The notes under the pieces: generated by a model
Told to the model about the DNA's origin: nothing
The model's database searches: none
What the model saw: the letters and a program-made list of their open reading frames with translations, nothing else
Position numbers and translations under genes: made by a program
Shown here: positions 25,050 through 29,540 of the stretch, one piece after another
How positions within the stretch are numbered: position 1 is the stretch's first letter
Layout: each line of letters opens with the position of its first letter
Virus record (IMG/VR): IMGVR_UViG_3300044300_001206
Coordinates: 1 to 29,540 of that record
Length of the DNA stretch: 29,540 bases
Source: a virus
Taxonomy: Duplodnaviria; Caudoviricetes
Direction: 5' to 3' (one strand)

Positions 25050-28048
25050 GACTGACTCCTTGCTCTACTCGTTCTTATTAGCTGTTCAATCATTGTTTCT
25101 GAAGGAGGTTGATAAGGTCTTAGAGATTTTTTAAGTTTATTTCCCTGCTTTCCTGGCTGAGCAACAATACGTCCTATCTCTCCTGGTTTATCCCCTTTCA
25201 AGTTAGCGTGAGTAAATGCAACATAATTTGCTAAGTGTGTTCGAACTGCTGCATCTCTTTCAGCACTAAGAACTTCCTCTTTTTGACTCAAAAGTGTAGC
25301 CGGTCCTTGCCAGTTAAGTAGATCTTTTTGACTTAAAGGAGTAGATTGTCCAGTCACGTATGTTTGTCCTTTAGATTGACTACCTACATTTCTAGCATCT
25401 TGAGTTCTAGCTTGCATTTGTTCAGGAGAAGCTTTTCTCTCTTTACCTTTAGCTCTAAGTGATAATATTGCTTGAGTAATTGAATTAGGAGTTACATCCT
25501 TTGCTCCTTTCTGTTGATACATGTTACTAACATTACTTACAATATTCTGATATTGTTCTTTAGAAGCTAATTTACCTTGTGAAGATTTCGCAGATTTTAA
25601 AAGCTGTAAAGTATCTTTAGTTGCTGCATCAAGTGTAAGATTTTGTCCTTGAAGTGTTTGTAGAGCAGTTACACGTTTTCTTTGATCTGGTGGTGGATCA
25701 GTTCTCATCTCTAATCTAGGAACACCCCAGACAGCATCATCAGCTGAACCTTCTACCAATGATTTATCAATACCTCCAAGACCTGCTGTTTTAACTCCTG
25801 TTAATTCCCTAGCTTCTGTTGGCTCATTTAAAGCTTTATCCCAAGCACCTCTATCTCTACCCGTTGCAGTTTGACCTCCAACCGATCTACGGCCAAAGAC
25901 TTTACTCTCACCTTCTAGCTTTAAAACATCTTTAACAAACTGAGACTTAATATACATGTCTTGAAGTACAGGTAAGTCAGTTCCTAAACCACCAGCTTGT
26001 TGAGGGGCTTTAATCTTTTCATATGAGATATCTGCAATCTGTGAATAATAGGTTTTAGGATCTACAGGTTCAAGTGAAGCATCTACTTGCTGTTTGGCCT
26101 GACTCATTAGACCACGAACTCTATCCATAGGTAGTTTTGCATTCTTTAGCTTTCCATCCACTCTTTGTTTTAACTTTCCATAGATAGGAACTGAAGTCAC
26201 AAATGATTCAACACCACCTGGTTGACCTGTTTGTTTAGCAAGTGCAGTCTTCTCTTGAACTACCTTAGTAACTGAGTAAGGTTGAACATCTAACGTAGGA
26301 CTACTTGGGTCATAAGTAGTAGTCTTCATATTTTGAACTTGCTTTAAGTTTCCAATAGGAAGAAGCTGACCCTGACCTGTTAATTCAGATTTAACGACAC
26401 TATAGGGAACCATTTGGGGATTCTTAGTTTTTTCGTTAACTATGATTGAGACAGTATCAAAATCAAATACCTGAACTGGTTCCGCTGTACGATACCCACC
26501 TACTTGAGCAGCAATCGATCCAGGTGCAGAAACCTTTGCTGGAGTAGGTAATTGACTAATTTTCTTTAACTCAGTAGTAGGTCTAGTTTCCAATCCACTA
26601 CCCTGTCTTATGAGTTTCCTTTCACGAGTACCAATATTTGGATTAAGTTTCTGTCCGTCTCTAACTTCTTCAACAAGAATAGATTTACCTCCTTTCTGTC
26701 TACGATCTGTAGTAGTCTTAACTTCCTGTAAAAGATTTCTAGGTTCTTGAGTATCTACAATTGTCTCAGGAACTTCATCTAAACCATGTTGCCTTGCTAA
26801 CTGATTAAGCTTTTTACCACTTATCTCATACAGTTGTTTATCTTGTGGGGTACTAGCCATAAGTTTGGCTTCTTGATATTTAACTGGCTGTCCATTTATC
26901 AATGATTCTCTTGGAGCAACATAACCTTTAGAAGCTAATACATCCCAATCTCTAACAAAATTTACCCACCTTTTCTCATACTCTGGATTCATTGTTGTTC
27001 TTGTACCTGTAGCTCCTTCTGCTCCCATAGCTTTCATCATCTCTCCTTCTTCAGAAAGAGTAAGAGGAACTGTACCCTTAGAAGCTGAGATCTCATACGT
27101 AGGATTAACCTTACTTAAAACTCTTGAGATTCTTGGGTCAGAGGTAGGAACAGTACGATCTAACAGAAGTTGTTTTTCTTCAAAAGTAGGCTGCCATGTG
27201 TTACTACCAGCTGTAGCATTAATTCTATTTAAAGCATCTTCTCTATTAACTTTTGAAGGGAAAGCCTGTGTATCCGCAGTTACACCTAATTGCTTCATTC
27301 TCTGTCTTGGAAGATTTAAATCACCAACTCTACCTGTCAAGTTAAATACTATAGGCATACCTTGTTCTTTGACATAAGAAGTCAAAGCAGTTCCAACTGA
27401 CTCTTTTGCTTTTTCAAATTGAGGTTGTGAAGAAGGTCTTCCTTGTCTCCCTACATTTACTCGACCCCATGGAAGATCAATAGTGGTTAACTCATCTGCT
27501 TTTAATTGCTCCTGTAATTGATTTACACTTCTATTGAAATCTCGATACCCAGGTGAAGCTGGAACTACAGGAGTCCTTTGACTCATCTGCTCTATTAGAT
27601 TTGCTCTTCTATTAAATTCTCTAAATTCAGGTGATGCATCAGATCTAGCTGGTCCTCCAGTGAGTACAGTCTTACTAGGTGCAACTGAAACTTGTACTTC
27701 GTCTTTTTTAGGAACTTTAGAAATCTGTTCCTGCAGTTGTTCTAACTTAGCTTTACCCTGGACAATGCCTTCATTCCCGGATCTCGGTCTAGCAACCGTA
27801 CTTTTTGCTCTACCTCTAAAACCTTGGGCAGCACTTATCCCTGTAGCTAACGCCATGCCAAATAATCCGGCACCCATAGCGATATCTGAAAGATCTGGGC
27901 CAGATTGCTCTTGAGCTGGGGCACGTAATTGACTTTGTCTAAACCTACGGACTTCAGGTACTAGTCGTGCTCTTTCTTCTGCAGATTCAGGGTATTGCGT
28001 ACCTGTGGCTTGGCTATATGCATAGAAATCATTAGGTGCAAGTACCAT
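25046..28048 (-). CDS. About 1000-aa protein, putative large internal virion protein
   Basis: Start moved to the ATG at 28048 (MVLAPNDFYAY); one hydrophobic segment near the N-terminus; short internal duplication ASPEFREFNR/ASPGYRDFNR; no catalytic motif recognised. Confidence 0.65.
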   Translation of the reverse strand: MVLAPNDFYAYSQATGTQYPESAEERARLVPEVRRFRQSQLRAPAQEQSGPDLSDIAMGAGLFGMALATGISAAQGFRGRAKSTVARPRSGNEGIVQGKAKLEQLQEQISKVPKKDEVQVSVAPSKTVLTGGPARSDASPEFREFNRRANLIEQMSQRTPVVPASPGYRDFNRSVNQLQEQLKADELTTIDLPWGRVNVGRQGRPSSQPQFEKAKESVGTALTSYVKEQGMPIVFNLTGRVGDLNLPRQRMKQLGVTADTQAFPSKVNREDALNRINATAGSNTWQPTFEEKQLLLDRTVPTSDPRISRVLSKVNPTYEISASKGTVPLTLSEEGEMMKAMGAEGATGTRTTMNPEYEKRWVNFVRDWDVLASKGYVAPRESLINGQPVKYQEAKLMASTPQDKQLYEISGKKLNQLARQHGLDEVPETIVDTQEPRNLLQEVKTTTDRRQKGGKSILVEEVRDGQKLNPNIGTRERKLIRQGSGLETRPTTELKKISQLPTPAKVSAPGSIAAQVGGYRTAEPVQVFDFDTVSIIVNEKTKNPQMVPYSVVKSELTGQGQLLPIGNLKQVQNMKTTTYDPSSPTLDVQPYSVTKVVQEKTALAKQTGQPGGVESFVTSVPIYGKLKQRVDGKLKNAKLPMDRVRGLMSQAKQQVDASLEPVDPKTYYSQIADISYEKIKAPQQAGGLGTDLPVLQDMYIKSQFVKDVLKLEGESKVFGRRSVGGQTATGRDRGAWDKALNEPTEARELTGVKTAGLGGIDKSLVEGSADDAVWGVPRLEMRTDPPPDQRKRVTALQTLQGQNLTLDAATKDTLQLLKSAKSSQGKLASKEQYQNIVSNVSNMYQQKGAKDVTPNSITQAILSLRAKGKERKASPEQMQARTQDARNVGSQSKGQTYVTGQSTPLSQKDLLNWQGPATLLSQKEEVLSAERDAAVRTHLANYVAFTHANLKGDKPGEIGRIVAQPGKQGNKLKKSLRPYQPPSETMIEQLIRTSRARSQS

Positions 28049-28108
28049 CTGCTTTGTATTGTTACTGTTTTCTACCTTTGAGTATTCTATGAGGAAGAAA
28101 TCTACCCG

Positions 28109-28117
28109 TGATAGCAT
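28109..28117 (+). promoter_or_regulatory. Extended -10 promoter candidate (TGATAGCAT), divergent from the late region
   Basis: 33 nt before the ATG at 28151; a minus-strand TAGAAT lies at about 28084-28089. Confidence 0.4.
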
Positions 28118-28150
28118 TAATACTAGGAATTACACTGATTTGTCAGTCGA

Positions 28151-28357
28151 ATGGACATTGAAGCTCGTAAAAATAAAGTCAAAGGACTAGAAGCCATAAA
28201 ATCTAAGGCATTAGACATGGCAACTCAGGGTGCAGACTCTCTAGAAGTACGTGATTTTGTATCAGAGGCTTCAAAAGAGTTGGCCTACAGAAATCCAGAC
28301 GAAGATGCCTTCAAGAAAGCGGCAAAAGCTAGCAAAATCTTTAAGAAACGTAAATAA
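28151..28357 (+). CDS. 68-aa helical protein with basic C-terminus
   Basis: Clean ORF followed by a terminator. Confidence 0.7.
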   Translation: MDIEARKNKVKGLEAIKSKALDMATQGADSLEVRDFVSEASKELAYRNPDEDAFKKAAKASKIFKKRK

Positions 28358-28386
28358 AGTTTTAATAACCTAATCAATACTTATAC

Positions 28387-28410
28387 GCCGGGCTATGCTC
28401 CCGGCTTTTT
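28387..28410 (+). terminator. Rho-independent terminator
   Basis: GCCGGG-CTATGCT-CCCGGC-TTTTT. Confidence 0.8.
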
Positions 28411-28644
28411 GGTCTAGTTTCTTGGGCTGGTTGGGGATTTTTAGTACAAAACGGCACATATACTACCAAGATAGGGAATAGAAATACCGAGCGCTTCTCC
28501 ATAACCTCTCCTGATTGGTCTGCTGTATAGAAAAAAAATAAAGGGTGGGGTCGGTCATATATATGGTGGGGTAAGCAGATCTGGCACTGTGTTTTCCACA
28601 GGTAAGTCCAGAAGTGTCTCGTATATCTGTACGAGAGAGTTACT

Positions 28645-28747
28645 ATGCGTAGCTTTTTCCACACTCTGGGGAAAATGCGTAGCTTCTTTTTGTTGCTTAG
28701 CAATAATTAGTAGCTCATTTCTGTTGCTTTGCGACAGTTAGTAGCTC
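28645..28747. repeat. GTAGCT-punctuated array of short palindromes with 30-31-nt period
   Basis: GTAGCT at 28649, 28679, 28710 and 28741; ATGCGTAGCTT twice; 26-nt direct repeat 28691-28716/28722-28747 (22 of 26 identical). Confidence 0.8.
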
Positions 28748-28810
28748 GTCCAACACTGGCCTGGACTCGGATGCCAGACGTCAACGCCTAATCTACGGAG
28801 GTTTTCCACA

Positions 28811-29098
28811 ATGGCGACAACAACTCAGCGCAAATCCACTACTAAGAGCGTAGCTCCTAAGACTACTGCGCAGAAACCTGTTGAAAAGCAGGAGTTTTCC
28901 ACAATCTGGAGGCTTAAGGACCACCACACACCTGTCCTAGTTGATGGTGTAATAGAAATCAAGTGGAGCGCCAAACTCATACTTCGTTTCGTGGTCCCTA
29001 GTACCCACAAACCTGAAGACATTCTTAAGAAAGTCCAGGAAGTAGGGCGCATAGACACCTCCAAGTGGCAAAAGGAGTTCCCAGAAGTCATATTTTGA
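28811..29098 (+). CDS. 95-aa hypothetical protein, probable first early gene
   Basis: GGAGG RBS at 28797-28801; basic disordered N-terminus and small beta domain. Confidence 0.75.
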   Translation: MATTTQRKSTTKSVAPKTTAQKPVEKQEFSTIWRLKDHHTPVLVDGVIEIKWSAKLILRFVVPSTHKPEDILKKVQEVGRIDTSKWQKEFPEVIF

Positions 29099-29163
29099 GG
29101 ATTCCCGCACGAAATTAGGGAGCGATCCTTCGCACGGTTGCCTTGAGACAGAACTGTTATGAC

Positions 29164-29203
29164 CCCGGTACCTTGGTTTTCCACAACCGAGTGCCGGGTT
29201 TTT
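29164..29203 (+). terminator. Long hairpin/terminator with a TTTTCCACA at its apex
   Basis: CCCGGTA-C-CTTGGTT-TTCCAC-AACCGAG-TGCCGGG-TTTTT. Confidence 0.65.
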
Positions 29204-29215
29204 ACTGGTTCTACA

Positions 29216-29282
29216 GTTGAGCAATGCATGGTACTTGTAGTTTTCCACAACTACTTGAGCAGGTTCGACCCCTGCCTCAACA
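29216..29282 (+). ncRNA. tRNA-like element (non-canonical)
   Basis: Acceptor-like stem GTTGAG/CTCAAC, canonical T arm GCAGG-TTCGACC-CCTGC, anticodon-position hairpin GTAGTT-TTCCAC-AACTAC, no D stem, no encoded CCA. Confidence 0.6.
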
Positions 29283-29317
29283 CTTACCACCTACTGAGGG
29301 TGGTCTTAATTCAAATC

Positions 29318-29494
29318 ATGAAACTTTCTAAATCCACATGGCATTTAATCGCTGGCGTTATTCTCGTCGGTGCTGGCATGGGACAGCTCCAGTCACTTGC
29401 TAACCGTGTATTCCACCAGGACATACAACAAGAGTGCCTTGATGGTACAAGAAACAGAACCTTCTGCATTAAGCAGGGTTTCAAAGTCTCCTGA
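29318..29494 (+). CDS. 58-aa protein with N-terminal TM/signal segment and Cys pair
   Basis: Start moved to the ATG at 29318: MKLSKSTWHLIAGVILVGAGMG...C...C. Confidence 0.6.
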   Translation: MKLSKSTWHLIAGVILVGAGMGQLQSLANRVFHQDIQQECLDGTRNRTFCIKQGFKVS

Positions 29495-29500
29495 CACCCC

Positions 29501-29540
29501 TACCCCCTAAAATTCGACACCCGCAGGGGGTAAATTTTTC
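29501..29540 (+). terminator. Hairpin, possible terminator
   Basis: TACCCCCT/AGGGGGTA 8-bp stem with a 16-nt loop, then AATTTTT, just after the stop at 29494. Confidence 0.4.

Larger units (their letters stand above)
28592..29249 (+). repeat. Six co-oriented TTTTCCACA 9-mers (cyanobacterial-type DnaA boxes)
   Basis: Copies start at 28592, 28655, 28802, 28895, 29177 and 29241; five are preceded by G. Confidence 0.8.

Noticed and set aside
2933-27914. Plus-strand ORFs antisense to late genes (e.g. 5455-5832, 10057-10299, 10457-10753, 17902-18225, 21152-21466)
   Set aside because: Antisense shadows of densely packed minus-strand genes, with no RBS and implausible composition.
28374-28703. 109-aa minus-strand ORF
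   Set aside because: It crosses the terminator and repeat array, has no RBS, and its translation does not look protein-like.
28645-28747. CRISPR mini-array
   Set aside because: The constant part is only 6-11 nt, the 26-nt repeats are 5 nt apart, the intervals are themselves palindromic and related, and no cas genes are present.
29216-29282. Functional tRNA-Trp (CCA in the loop)
   Set aside because: The loop is 6 or 8 nt rather than 7, there is no D stem, and the acceptor stem is only 6 bp; kept only as tRNA-like.
28825-29290. Two minus-strand ORFs (141 and 117 aa) and the 5' extension of the 29159 + strand ORF
   Set aside because: They overlap the RBS-supported + strand gene and the structured RNA elements; the ATG at 29318 is the more plausible start.
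1-29540. Stop-codon reassignment
   Set aside because: Coding density is high under the standard code and all three stops end genes normally.

Overview
An AT-rich stretch of a tailed dsDNA cyanophage genome, probably infecting Prochlorococcus or marine Synechococcus (inferred from its D1 sequence). Positions 1-28048 are a tightly packed minus-strand late region. In reading order it contains a run of Gly/Ala/Gln-rich putative internal virion or ejection proteins, a probable small terminase, the large terminase, a HExxH zinc peptidase, an AbrB-like protein, probable portal and scaffold, the major capsid protein, a ComEA-like HhH protein, probable adaptor and tail proteins (one with a split SWIM-like motif), then psbA, small membrane proteins and a cyanophage OMP-like gene. 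The morphogenesis genes and their order do not look T4-like or T7-like. After 28100 the coding strand switches to +. The switch region is highly structured: six co-oriented perfect cyanobacterial-type DnaA boxes (TTTTCCACA), a 30-31-nt-period GTAGCT/hairpin array, several terminators and a tRNA-like element with a DnaA box in its anticodon-position loop. The other major oddity is a 614-nt same-strand dual-coding overlap between the portal and scaffold genes. All calls come from reading the sequence and recalled motifs; no searches were run.
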